DNA of 64,000 bases from assembly GCA_964199315.1 (NCBI GenBank), contig OZ116705.1, positions 11,408,001-11,472,000 on the forward strand, in the 5' to 3' direction. This DNA is from Orbicella franksi (lineage: Eukaryota). Below the pieces are notes generated by a model. The model was not told where the DNA came from and did not search any database. It saw only the letters and a program-made list of their open reading frames with translations. The position numbers were made by a program, and so were the translations under genes. Shown here in pieces: positions 22,124 to 34,683 of the stretch (position 1 is the stretch's first letter; each line of letters opens with the position of its first letter).

Positions 22124-24649
22124 AGGCAAAGAAAACAAAGCCTACTTACTGCAAGTAGGGCCTGTGAAGATTCCTGTGTATTGCCATATGACCGGTGTAG
22201 GTCTTGGAGCTTGTGGAGGAGGCGGATGGACCTTGGTCATGAAGATCGATGGCAAAAAGGTATGATATATACCGCGATAGTTTATTTATGCCCCCACCAA
22301 CCCCCACCCATCCCACCAATAAGTCTAAGTTCACTTTTTATGAACAGGTGGCTTATTAGACAGGGTGCCTTAATTAACGTGTTACGGTATCGCTTGACCG
22401 ACAGAAAGATATACTACGAAACTCTCCTATGAACCCAACTTGTTTATTTAACAATACGTAATGTAATCTTAGCTACAAAGGAGCGATTTCTGAACAATAC
22501 AATCTACTACCAAACTAAGTTAAGCCTACTGCTAAACTTTAGTCACCACTGACACGAACTCACAATAAATCTTGATGTCTCCAAAGAAATCTCCTTACAG
22601 TCCACTTGACCTTGAACAAAGTTCGTCAATAGCTTTTACAATAACAATAGCACTCTATAGCTTTTCCACTCAGTCTCTGCCGAGAACAACAACGGGGAAT
22701 CTATACTATCTAGCTGATTCTTTATATACATTTCACTAATATTCTAGAACATTCTTGGAGCTTCTATTTATGTAACATTACATCATAATTGCATCATTCA
22801 GTAGAATGTTCTAAACTGTTCCATAGTGTGACAGTACAAAGTTCTGGCACAAACATTGCGTGACTTGACATTTTAGAAGTTTCCAGAGACTTAAATACTC
22901 ACGTCTGCTCTTCATAACAAACAGGGAAGGCTCAGATCGTAAACTGCTTGAATCTTGACGTAAAGTTTGCATAGAACTATAAATTCTTTTAATTTAGCAA
23001 CTGAAAATTAAAACGCATCAGATTCTTTTGTTGTTTTCCAAAAATGGAGGTAAATTGCAAACAGGATAGAATCCAGCCAAAAATATAGACTTTGGATCGG
23101 CCAACTTTATGTACAGTTTTTTTTAGCCTTTACAAAAAAATAAAAACTAGGGACAAAGAGCGTGGCTAAGTAAACAACAGAAGGGTCCAATTACACAATA
23201 CAGGAGGATGGCAAGGAACTTCTCAAACTCATTATAATTCATCAAGTTAAAACAAAGAAAATCCCAACCGTGAAGGAGGTTTGGATACTCGGTCTTAATT
23301 AGCATAGATTTTGACGATTTTACTTCTCCATTTACTTCTTAGTTTTTGTTTCCATTGAGAAGATATATAAAACATTCGAGACAGTGTTTTCATCGGCTAT
23401 CCAATCACCTCGAATTTCGTCAAAAATACTCCTCTGCGCGTCGTATTTTCAACTCTCTTCTCGGTGTTTGGATATCCCGATGAAACGCTGTCTCTCGTGT
23501 TTGATATATTACTTATTAGACAGGGAAGTCTATTATAAAATTCCACTTTCAAAGGGTGGAGCTTATTACAGAGGGGGAGATTTATAGGACTTTTACGGTA
23601 TTAACAAAGTCGTTCATTTAAAACAAGGTGTGTGGTTTGCTTTTGCTATTGTTTCATCGCCCACCTTAAAAAGTCTGGTTTTCGGAGCCAGCCTTTCAAT
23701 TAAAATCGATCGAGGCAGGCTATCGAAAGACTATCCAAAGGGTAAAGAGAAGAAATAATGATAGAGTGATGAACGTCAAATCTCTCCCTAAACGTTTTAA
23801 TGACAATGAAGTGCACGGGGTGGAAGAACACTTCAAGTGACGAGCCTCGAGGTGTTTGCAATTGTGGTCAACATTGTCTTGAGTGTTTGATATATCTTGT
23901 GTTTCAAAACCTATGAAAATCTCTCAGTTGAATCTTAAGATAAACCAAATCTTAAGTTATATACGCTAAAGGACGACGTATTGAGACTGATTGCTGTCCA
24001 AAATATGAAAAAAATAACAAAAAAAAAGACAATTAAATTAGCTGGGAAATTCCAGAATGACATTGATGTGTGTTTTCTAAGTTCTATGCATGACGGCAAA
24101 ATTATTCATGGGGTGTTTTTCATTGATATCCAGAATACATTTCGCTTCGACTCCAAACTCTGGAGCAACAAGAAAGAGTTCAATCTCCCAGGAGGGAAGA
24201 CTGGGCTTGATTCACAGGAGACCAAGCTGCCAACCTACTGGCACACACCCTTCTCCAAGGTCTGTCTGGCTATGAAGCGCGGCCAGCAGATCAAGTTCAC
24301 TGTCATCAACGTGCACGCCAACTCTCTGTACTCACTGATCGCTGATGGGAAATACCGCAGCACCTCACTGGGTCGTAAGGCGTGGAAGAGGTTGATTGGT
24401 TCCCAGGACTCCTTGCAGCTCAACTGTAACAAAGAAGGTTTCAATGCTGTTTGCAACTCTCGCGCTTCCAGAGCAAGAATTGGTTTCGTTGCGAACAACG
24501 AGAAAGATTGCACCAGCTGTGACTCTAGAATCGGTTTTGGTACAGCAGGGGGTCCGCATGGTACCAACACGTGTGGGAACGTAGCAAAGCTCCGAGCAGA
24601 TAACAGAGAAAAGTCTATCAAAACCATGGGCGGCATTTTTGTTCAGTAA
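22124..24649 (+). CDS. Two terminal exons of a coral USOMP5-like (fibrinogen/intelectin-related) secreted protein; upstream exons not found
   Basis: Exon 22124-22259 ([45 protein letters not shown], donor AAG|GT, phase 0) joins in frame to exon 24134-24649 ([13 protein letters not shown]...QETKLPTYW...CNKEGFN...CDSRIGFG...TCGN...[10 protein letters not shown]), the recognisable C-terminal domain of 'uncharacterized skeletal organic matrix protein 5-like' proteins. Confidence 0.8.
22428..22919 (-). mobile_element. Probable solo LTR in the intron of the USOMP5-like module
   Basis: Minus strand begins TGTTATGAA and ends AATAAACAAGTTGGGTTCATA (short terminal inverted repeat, polyA signal near 3' end); last bases and TSD not confirmed. 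Confidence 0.5.
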
Positions 24650-25040
24650 CAGCTATAACCTAACTATAGCACCACCAGTAATTGCACTGCTACATGTAAG
24701 GTAAATTAGGAACAGTTGTTCATTAGTGATAAAAATCGTGACAAAATGAGGGTCAGAGATTTGCTGAACTGAGATGAAAATCAAAATACTTGGGCAAGAT
24801 TTGCAAGGGTGATTATTAATCATGGGCGAAAACTTACTTTGTCATGTCGATGGATAAAAAATCAGCGACCTTATGTAGAATTGTTGAGCATAACTGGACA
24901 CAAGAAATGATTAAGTGTTTCATTGTTCGCCTTGGTGAAAAAGAAAGAGATCTCTGAAATTGACATTGCCAGGTGAAAAAATTCTAGAAAATGTACTGCT
25001 TAATTTAAACTCGTCCAACAAACCAAGTCAAGCAGCTTAC

Positions 25041-25990
25041 AAAATCCTCATCACCAAAAGATGTACTCGCCCAGAAAAAAAGCCAAAAAAAATGGATTAG
25101 ACTGTGAACTCATTGATGTGGACAATATGGACTGAGAGTCAATTTATCTACTACCTAGGATATGTAAATTAAGCATGAAATTAAGAACTTCCAGTTCAAA
25201 TTTCTCAATAGGAGAATAGCTGCAAATTCTTTTCTATTTAAAATGAAATTTTCGGAAGCAAATCTTTGTTGTTTTTGTCAAACAGCACATGAAACGTTGC
25301 TTCATCTTTTCTGGGAATGCCTGATCACAGAAGCCTTTTGGAATAACGTTCAACAATGTTTCGTCTAATACCAGCCTCACAAGTTTTAACTTGTTGCCAG
25401 TGTTTAGGTCTCAAAGGAGAGAAAAGCACTTTGCTATTCAGTCATTGTTTACTACTTGATAGATTTTACATTTACTCTTGTAAGTACAAAAATGTTCGAC
25501 CATCCTTAATAGAATACGTTAATCAGGTTAGATGTAATTTAAAAATAGGAAAACATGTTTCAATTATAATGGAACACAAAACGCATTCCAACAGAAGTGG
25601 CACAAAATACTCCAGTCATTATGACTCGCTGATCTCTCCTTTAAACTTTTGTTTAAACAGGCAATTTAATTGAATAACAATTAGGTTCTTCTTTTCATTT
25701 GAACAGCTTTAACTTAGTGTTTCATGGCCCTGTGTTTTTTCCGCTTATATTTACTTTCGTCAGTTGTTAGAATAGTGTATTAGTAGCAGTAGAAGTATTG
25801 CATCTGTTAGTTGTATTATTATTATTTTTGTGTCCCTATTAGTAATATCGTTGTTATTTAGAATTAACTCCTGTTAAAAAGATTGTTATATTGTTAGTGT
25901 TGTAAGCAATGTTGATTGGTATTGTAATTTGTAATTCGTAAGTAGTAATAGTGATATAGGTAACTTTAGTTTCTGTAAAATTGTACACAA
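25041..25990 (+). mobile_element. 3' fragment of an L1/Tx1-clade LINE
   Basis: Frameshifted translation FQFKFLNRRIAANSFLFKM...LCCFCQTAHETLLHLFWEC (zf-RVT CCHC motif), followed by a TAG/TTG-rich 3' tail. Confidence 0.65.
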
Positions 25991-27627
25991 AGTATCCCCT
26001 CCCCTTGTCAAGGCTCGCGATCAATACCTATTCCTGCTCAGCGGCTTTCGCTAACAAGCATCCGCAAATTACAACTCTCGAGGAGAAAAATATCACATTG
26101 CTGTAAGTTTCCCGTGTGCATTCAGCTGGCGAGTGCCTATTTTTAGGAGCATTTTATTTTTTTTCCATTCTCATCCTCCAAAGATCTTTTCACCGAATCG
26201 TAAACACTCTGTGCTCTGTTTCGTCATTTAGTGATTTTCGAAGTTGTTGCTGCTATTTTCAGCCTGTCCCTCCCTAGCTAAGGGACTTTCGTAATCTTAG
26301 CACAAAGTTAATTGCAGAATAAAACGAGCAGTTTTCTGAAGAAACTTTCTCACGTTCCTGTCGACATTTTGGTATACTTCATCTCGAAGCCTACTAACCC
26401 CTGCTCTTTTCGCGTCATCGGATGGTGTTCGTTGAGTGGGGTCGAAAAGCTGGCTACCCCTTTTTGTTAGATCACAAAGAGATTTCACCTCGCAATACGG
26501 TGAATGCGCCCGCGGTGCGAGCGGCAGCCCAACCCGAGCTGTGCTACCAAAACAACACGATAAGCTAACAAAATAAAGACAAGGTCTGGGTTGCTTTAGA
26601 CTCTTGTAATACTTATCTCGATAATTCGCTGTTTAATTTGAGGAGGACCAAAGTGTTTTGTTGAAAGGGGAGGGGGGAAACCATTTTTGCGCAATGGTTG
26701 GTTGGAGACGCAAAAAATATTGAATGTTTCATGGAATGATATCATGGCTTTTGGAATTATAACAACCTTTTGGTAAATATTTACTGAAAAAAGGTTCCCG
26801 ACTTCAATGCCTTCTCGCTGCCATACATTTGACCATGGGACCAGGGCGGAGAAAGGCCAGGCGATGAAACGGGGGTTCTGCTCTTTTCGCAAGGAGTTGT
26901 GCGGAGTAGGACTGGCACGAGCACTATTCCACGCTTCCGCTGCGTTTAATAGCTGCCAAAAATCTCCTTTCGACAACCAGATTCATTATTTCTTCATTTT
27001 TAAGCCACCAGCGGCGTATTTTTAAAAGTTGTTTTGTCACCTCTGGCCCACGAATCAGTGGTTTTTTTTTTCAGTAGCAACTTTGCTTAGCTTTCTTTTT
27101 GTAAAAATCCAATAAATTGTTATTGAATATAAGATCGGCGCAATCCGTCGATGCGTGTTTTGTAGCTAAATCACAGTCATGATCACCCAGGCGTAATACA
27201 ATAGTTTGTAGGGGGGATAGTAGCTGAAATATAAAAGTTTGTAAGGAGGTTAGCAGATGAAATTAAAATCGATCAAAGTATGGGTGATTCACCGAATAAA
27301 GAATCTTTAATAGTCAGTACTGTAATTTCTTCTCATCCTGGGGTGTTTAAACAAGATTTGAGCGAATTTTACATTTTTGCAGTATTTTACTAACGACTGA
27401 AGTTGCATGTAAACAGTCTATATACAGAGATTTGGATGGAAAAAAACTAGTTAACCGGGTGTTACTTGAGGGCGGACAAACAGATGATTCGGTTGATTAA
27501 CTGTGAACTCGATGGTCCAGATAGTTCATTGTTCAATCCAGACACGGGCGACATAATTCTGTAGATATATGTTAATTAAAAGCTCTTGTACACGTTTCAG
27601 AATGTTAAAAAAAATAAAATTCTTTTA

Positions 27628-28124
27628 CACCCGCTTTCCGCTTTCGACATGCCATCTTTCGACATGCTATGTAACTTGGCCTACGTCAAAATGTAAGCAC
27701 AAGTGGCTTCTTTACGGTCGACCTCGACTTTTAGTCATGAAAGATGGATTTATTTGACATCAAACTAAGGCCAGGAGCACCAAGAAAACATTCCGTGAGT
27801 GATGAATCGACTGCTTTGAATGTTTACATCTTTCGAATATTAACTGAGCAGTAGCGGCCCAATTCTACCGGAAGTCACTATTGGGAGCCGATCGAGTACA
27901 CTAAAATCGTTTCAATTATCCCGTAAATCGGGAGTCCACAGTCTTCTTCATTCATTTGAGGTCAGTAATTATCATATACTTGTCATTTGTTCCGCTGATA
28001 ACCGGAAAAATTGCTAGTTTCACAGGTAAACCGTATTTCAGCCGTTTACATGGCATGTCGAAAGATGGAATGTCGAGAGATGGTCGAAAGATATCGCCTG
28101 TACACGCAACACTGAAAGCGGGTG
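27628..28124. mobile_element. TA-flanked MITE
   Basis: TIR CACCCGCTTTC...GAAAGCGGGTG with inner inverted CTTTCGACATGCCAT/ATGGCATGTCGAAAG; TA both sides; absent at the paralogous site near 56740. Confidence 0.65.
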
Positions 28125-28986
28125 TAAAGTAGTCGTTTGCGAAGCTTGGAGTACATGTATGTTTTTTTTTCCCGTGGAATTTCAGTTTTATTTGGAGAGA
28201 CTTTTTCGCTGTCAGGTTGTAAGTGCTGCACACATTGAACCAATCAAAATAAACGTTTTCACATCGCGCAGAATTCGATTGTCTTTCGCGACATATACTT
28301 GCAGTGCTCAGTTTTTCAATGCGCGGAATAATAATTACAAATATTAGCTGTCGGAATTCCGACTGCTCTCGTCAATGAATCGGCGGCTGTCAATTAAACG
28401 GTCTGATGTGTGAAGTAAATCCCAAGGTGTAATAAGCTAACAAAAGCGCTCTAATTTAAAGGCGGCCTGCGCTCTTCACAAAGACCTTTGTCAACAAAGT
28501 CGTGTGCAGCGACATTCTCACTTTTTTTGTTGACATGTCACACTCGAAATGGTTAGAGCGCGGGAGCCAAAAGCTCTCCCACAAAAAAACTCTTCTTCCA
28601 AAGCGTTGCCAAATGGAAAGAACGGTGCGCATAAAACTTTCTTCTACTTTATCGTTGTCCTCTTTTACTCGACCGGTCAAAGCAGTTCACCAGACGTAGT
28701 CTTTTACTCGATCGGTTTACGTAGTCTGTCGTTGATCGAGGACTTAAAAGGCAACACAGGTCTTTATCTATTCGAAAGATGAAGAGGAAAATAAATGACA
28801 TTTCTGTTTGAAATCCAGAGCCGAACAAAAAAGCAAAGGCACGCAGCGCGTCTTACGCCTGAGTGAGCATTGTTGTCCACTGCCTGTGTGAGATAATTAT
28901 TCAAAATTGGAACCGTTTTAATTGATCAAAACATTTAAAAGCCCCAGGTTCGAGTATTCAGTTATTAGAATCCTCTTTGGAGTAAC

Positions 28987-29226
28987 ATGTCAAAGCGTAC
29001 GAGACAGCAGCTCGGCTTTTACGCATCACTATTTGATGACGCTTATGATCGTCGCCTCAGTTATAAGTACCGACTCAAGCAAAAGCCCGTTGTTATGGGT
29101 ATTTATGAAGTTGAGCGCATAGTCTCTCGACGAAATCAAGGGGGCAAGGCAGAGTATTTTATTCAGTGGAAGAATTATCCTTTAACTGAAAACACATGGG
29201 AGCCGTCCGAACACTTCTTATGTTGA
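28987..29226 (+). CDS. Small ORF with a chromodomain (probably TE-derived)
   Basis: IYEVERIVSRRNQGGKAEYFIQWKNYPLTENTWEPSEH matches the chromodomain consensus (YEVE.I...R......EY.VKW.GY....NTWEP..HL); aromatic-cage Y/W/Y present; ORF stops right after the domain. Confidence 0.7.
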   Translation: MSKRTRQQLGFYASLFDDAYDRRLSYKYRLKQKPVVMGIYEVERIVSRRNQGGKAEYFIQWKNYPLTENTWEPSEHFLC

Positions 29227-30384
29227 TGAAATTACATGTAAAGTGATGTTAAAACGACGTTCCGAACACTCTGAGATCTTTTTTTCAACGAAAATCAAAA
29301 ATGATCTCTTTGAGACCGGCTAAGGATGAAGTACTCTGCTTCGCTTCCTTTAACTCTTTTATCTCTCTGAGATCATTTTTGCCTGACATGTGCAAGAAAG
29401 CGGGGTTGACCGGGGATTCAATGAGCTCTAAAAAGAGCTCCCGATCAACGCGCTGCATTTCTTGCACAGATGACATGCTGAAAATTCGTTTATTACAACT
29501 AGTGCAAAGCGTTACTTTAAATACGATGGTTAAGTGATACATTTTATCACCTCTCAATTTCAATGCCTTATAGCGTCAGCGTGTGTCCTATTGTTTGTGG
29601 AGGCGGAGCTTGGCATATATTAATATTCTGCCGGGAAATTCAAAAGAGTTTCGCTCTATTGTTCTTCTAGTCTCCGAGGCGAACGAAGGCTGAAAGATCG
29701 TTACGAGTGTTCGAAAGTTGGCAGAACGACCACTTCGAAACATTATTTTCCGTTAAAACTTGGCATAAAGCTTCCTTTAACAACATACATTCAAAGCCGT
29801 ATGATAACCGTTAAGAAGGGCACTTTGAAGGAGTAAAATTCTTCCTCCAAATATTTCCTCATATAATATTTTCCCTCAAATGGACCAAATTCAGGAAAAG
29901 AAAACGACTAAATCCACTTTTCGTAAGATTTCAAAAAAAATGTCTCCTTTATTCCATCAATGTCTCATCTACAAAAGCCATATGATAACCACTACGAAAC
30001 ACAAGTATGAAGCACGTAAACTCTAAACAAGTATGCGTAGTCGGCCATTTTCTGGTCATTTTCTTTATTGTTTAACCATCGGCAGCCTAATTAATAATTA
30101 AATTTCGCGCGCACTCTACATTTAAGTCCCGGGTATGTCGCGGCATTCTGCGCGATGTGCTCAATACGCCGTTGCTAGCGGCTACAACGAACCAAAAACC
30201 AATTCATTAAGAGTTCCTTAGGCCATTTTCCACTCAGTCCAGCGCAGATTTTGTTAGTACAATACTTGGATACTTCAAAAAACAAAGTTTGCTTCGAATT
30301 TGTTCAATTTTTCGACACACAGAGATATACAAGTGATGCAATGTTTTCGACTGGTCTCCTGTGAAATAACCCAGGACAGACTTA

Positions 30385-32020
30385 GTGACCATTCATTATT
30401 TCTGCCTGGGGGTGGGGCTGGCAAGATTCATTACAAACAACAACAAAACGTTTTGACCCCCCTCCTCACAAAACAGAAGTCTTATGAGCAGGAGGCCTAT
30501 AGCAGACCATGCTAAATATACATGCCCTCCCACCATTCTCCCCGTTCCCCACTCACACTTTTTATTTAGTACCACAGGTTTACTTTTAATCACATGAAAT
30601 ATATTCAATCAGCTATTATAAAATAACTTATTTAATAAGACAAACACAAATTTCTTTCTGTTCATTGTTCATCTGTTCCATTGCATTCTTCATTATCCTC
30701 CACCACTTCTTTTCTTTCTTCGCAACCATCTTTTTCAGAATTATCCCCTTCTTTTTCACTATGTCCTTCCTCTTCATGCGGGCAGTTTACCTCTAATTCT
30801 TAATCGGTGAGCTTTGCAAGTACACACTTCCTTGCTTCTGGATGCCAATTTCCCTTGTTGATGAGGCTTGCTAATCCAGCTTTGTGCCTGTCTGCTCTCA
30901 ATTTTTCTAGACTCATATTTAACGAAAGCATTTGTTTTGTAATACACTTGTAAGCTTCTTCAGAATCACGTTTGATGATTTTACGCCTTGTTTCTTCTTG
31001 GATTTTGTTTAGGAGCTCTCTCTTTCTCTTTTCAGATTTTCTTTTCCTTTTTTTTTTTGTCTTCCGTTTTTCATTCCTGTCTTATTTGGTAAACTTTTGA
31101 AGGCTCGGTCAAGACTTTGCTTTATGCTTAACAACTTCTCTAATTTGTCACTGACATTTCTTTTCATTTGAGCAAGTTCCTCTTGCATTGCTTTAGCACA
31201 CTGATAATGTTCACTGGTCCCATGGCTTTAGTTTATTTCTGTTAAAAAGTATTCCCAAATTAGATGGGATGTTATTTTCCTCTTTTTCCATTTGGGACAC
31301 AATCTCTTGGGATTTTTTCACACCTTTGGACACAATGCCTATATGATTAGGCCTTAGTTGTGTCATAGGCATTCTCATAAATTTAAAACAGGAGGCTTAA
31401 TTTTTTCAGAAAAAAGTAAACTCATGTCATGCTTGAGCTTTACAAAATATTTTTTGGTTTGAAGTCTCCTTTCCCTTTCCTTGTAAAGGTACTTTGGCAA
31501 GTTATCCAGGAAATAGGGTTGTGCAAGTTTGTACATGTCTGGGAGTATTTTGGTGAAATACTTGGTCCTTTTATGGTTTAGGTCTTTATACAAGTACTTG
31601 AAATAGCTGTTACTCTTTGTTCCAGTTGACAATTTTGGTGATGAATTCCAAGGTAGTGCTTGGAAAAAATAAAATATAAAGAAATATAGATATAGATAAT
31701 GAAAGAAATATATAATTAGAACAGGCCTCACATTTTAATTCAATTTCTGCCATGCAAATTGTTCAGTCCAAAAACACTGTTTGAATGAAATAGCAGAGAA
31801 TTGTATTATTAAAGGCGTCTACAGAAAATAATACTAAAAAAACCCGCAAGACAGGATGCAAACTTAAACAGATACATGATGTTACAAATGCAAGCAAAAA
31901 CAACAGGAATGCTTCGAAGACTATGATTGGAACACTCTTTGTCGCAGTGGTAAAGTTGAGCAATTAAGCATCCGGAAGCTTGACAAGTATCCGTCAGTCA
32001 TTTCAATCTTCAATTAAAGG

Positions 32021-32053
<33 letters not shown>

Positions 32054-32570
32054 ATAAGGTGCGACGGTTCACTGCACATGCCTTGATTAGAATGGGTGAG
32101 GTACTTGATACCCGTGTCTCTCTTCAGCGGCACGAGCGCAGCGGCAGCGACAAGATGATACCAATGACAATGATATGGACAGCAGTTCTGATGCGGAAAG
32201 TGACAGCGAAGATGATATCGTTATTTCGCATCTTTGTAGCTCTGATTCATCGGAAAGCGAGAGTGATTCTAAAGGAAACCAACAGTGGCAGAGTACCTGT
32301 TGTAACACAGGTCTCTGGCCAAACCCGATCTGAACGCAATATTGTGAGGTCGTTATCTCACTGTCGTGACTTTTTTTGTATTAGTTGACCCATGTAAGTG
32401 GACTGTTTGGAAGTGTTCACCGGTATGCTCTATATGGCCGAAAGAAATACATAGCCCCCCACTCCTATGCCTATTTATTATAGTGACCCCCTCTTCATTT
32501 CTTAATTTTTTGATGATCCCCCCTCTTTTGTGCCATCTCCTTCCCCCAGGCATAAATATTGAATGGTCCC
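30385..32570. mobile_element. PIF/Harbinger-like non-autonomous element with degenerate coding relics
   Basis: TIR G(T/G)GACCATTCA(T/A)TATTT(C/A)TGCCTGGGGG, TTA direct repeat at 30382-30384 and 32571-32573; minus-strand broken charged/coiled-coil-like frame (~30650-31650) and plus-strand acidic stretch (~32120-32330). Confidence 0.65.
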
Positions 32571-32698
32571 TTATTGTTCAGTATACAGACGAGCCTTCTC
32601 GAGGACACAGACCTTTAGCAAGGACGACCGTGACAGATTGCAACGGCTACCGGAAACAACAAATGACTTCCGTCAATGTTCTGCGCATGTCGGAGTAG

Positions 32699-33227
32699 GA
32701 AGTAGCAAGGAATGACAGGCCTGCACGACTTCTAACAATGGAAACTTTTGAACCATGTGCGCAATCTTTGACCCTTTTATAATTTCGCTCTTACGAGTAT
32801 GTCTTTAAGGGATTTCCCTCTTTTAAAAGATATGAGTGGTGGCTCTTTGAAAATTTGCCGTAGAGAAGGCTGGTTTTGTATCAAGTGCCATTTTTGCATT
32901 AAAACATGTTTGAGATTAGGCACTGACAGTTGATATTGTGTTACAAAAGGCAAGATATCTTTTCGGCTTTCGTATTTTTGTTGTAGCGCTGATACCCTTT
33001 CTGTGAATTTGATATCTGATAGGAGTGTCTCAATCAGATTTTTTGGATAACCTCTAGCAAGGAGACGTGATTTGAATTTAATAATGTTCTCTTCAAATAT
33101 TGTTCTTGAAGAGTTAGTGCGTAAAAGTCTAAGAACTTCTCCCAAGCCAAGGGGTCAAAGATTACGCACATGGTTCAAAAGTTTCCATTGTTAGAAGTCG
33201 TGCAGGCCCGTCATTCCTTGCTACTTC
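32699..33227 (-). mobile_element. 5'-truncated Penelope-like element with inverted copy of its own 3' end
   Basis: ORF 32777-33145 GEVLRLLRTNSS...LLARGYP...ILPFVTQY...LKDILVRAKL* (C-terminus of cnidarian Penelope-like RT proteins), bracketed by ~78-bp inverted repeats GAAGTAGCAAGGAATGAC...; absent from the duplicated segment (~38980). Confidence 0.8.
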
Positions 33228-33382
33228 TAACCGTCGTCCACTCCGCACCGACCAGAAATGAAATTACCATTCAGTGCGTGGTTACCAAGGGTTAACTTTT
33301 TAACTCGCAAATGTTACGTGTGGTCGTCTGTTGTTGGTTTGCCTGTAGGCCAAGAGTGCATGACATAATAACATGTAGTGTA

Positions 33383-33851
33383 CAGTCGAACCTCCGATTG
33401 CGACAACCTCTCATAAGCGACCGTCTCTCCTCAGCGACCAGTTTTCCAGAATACCAAAAGTCAGATCACTATATTTTGAACCTCTTGTAATCGACCACCT
33501 CTCGTAAACGACCGCGACCACTTTAGAGCTAAAAGCTTGAAAGTTTCTGTTGCTTTAAACCTCCAGTGAACGTCCACTTGACAAATGATAGGGCAAAAAT
33601 TGGATAATAAAACACATCGTAAGATGTTGTAACATCATCGCATTCCTAGGTAGTACAAGAGATGGAAATTTTCTCAACGGAAAGTATCGGTTTTTTTTCT
33701 CGAAATTGACTTTTCACATGAATACGACATTTAAAACGCGGGTAATTCTCTGCAGTTACCATATGCTAATGACGCAAAATTTTGACCGACAAAATGGTCT
33801 GAGCTCTCGTAAGCGACCACTTTCCGTAAGTGCTTACCGGATGTTTGACTG
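33383..33851. mobile_element. TA-flanked MITE (CAGTCGAACCTC family)
   Basis: TIR CAGTCGAAC...GTTTGACTG, TA flanks, internal TAAGCGACC repeats; paralogous copy at 39132-39650. Confidence 0.7.
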
Positions 33852-34683
33852 TAGTATTTTTATTTTTACGAAAAAAACTTGTGTTTTTTTGCTCGAAAAA
33901 CAAAGTGAAACGCCTTCGAAAAAATAAAGTTTGTCATATTTACATTGCAAGCGTAACTTGACGCCTGATAATATTTTTTTACGAGTATGGCAAAATTAGA
34001 AACGGACAATATGTTTGTCAAAGGGAAAAGAATAAATTTAAATTCAGTCGTTCGAATGGCGTTTAATTAATTAATTAAGTAAATTTTAACGTATAAGAAT
34101 CGCACGCACGTAGGCCTGTAAAATATGATGTTCAACATCCTACATTTTGTCAAAACGTTACCAAAACCGAGGAATATATTGAGCTAACAGTCGAAGTCGC
34201 AATGACGTCCTGATATAGATATGTATTCAACATTCAGGCCAAGTTTATCACGAACCAACTTCAAAAAAAAGAAAAAAAAAACATTAAGAGGAAAACAACG
34301 AAATCAATGTTTAGTTCGCAACAAAGTACCAAAACAAAATTAGAGAACACGGAAAATGCCGTCAAATTTCCAGGATTTTAACAGAACGATTGTTAAAACA
34401 TGAGTTTCAAACGTTCCTTTCATTAGAATATAACTTTAACCCAGGCATGCAAGAAGAAATTTGTTCCTGTAAGGGTAGTTGACAAACCAGATAGAAATAT
34501 TTTATTCACATAACAAGTGCGTAATAATTTAAACAGGAAGTCTTTATGGTAGGAGCAGGAGGAGTCAAACTGCTACGAGCAGAAATAGCTCTGAATGACA
34601 GAGACAAAACAAGCCATCTCTTATTACACAGTGTTGGCTTGTAATGGGCTGCTATTTGGACTTCACTTCTCCATCTGGTGTTA

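Noticed and set aside
23981-24133. N-terminal 51 codons of the 222-aa ORF
   Set aside because: AT-rich open intron sequence; homology-like sequence begins at the CAG acceptor at 24133.
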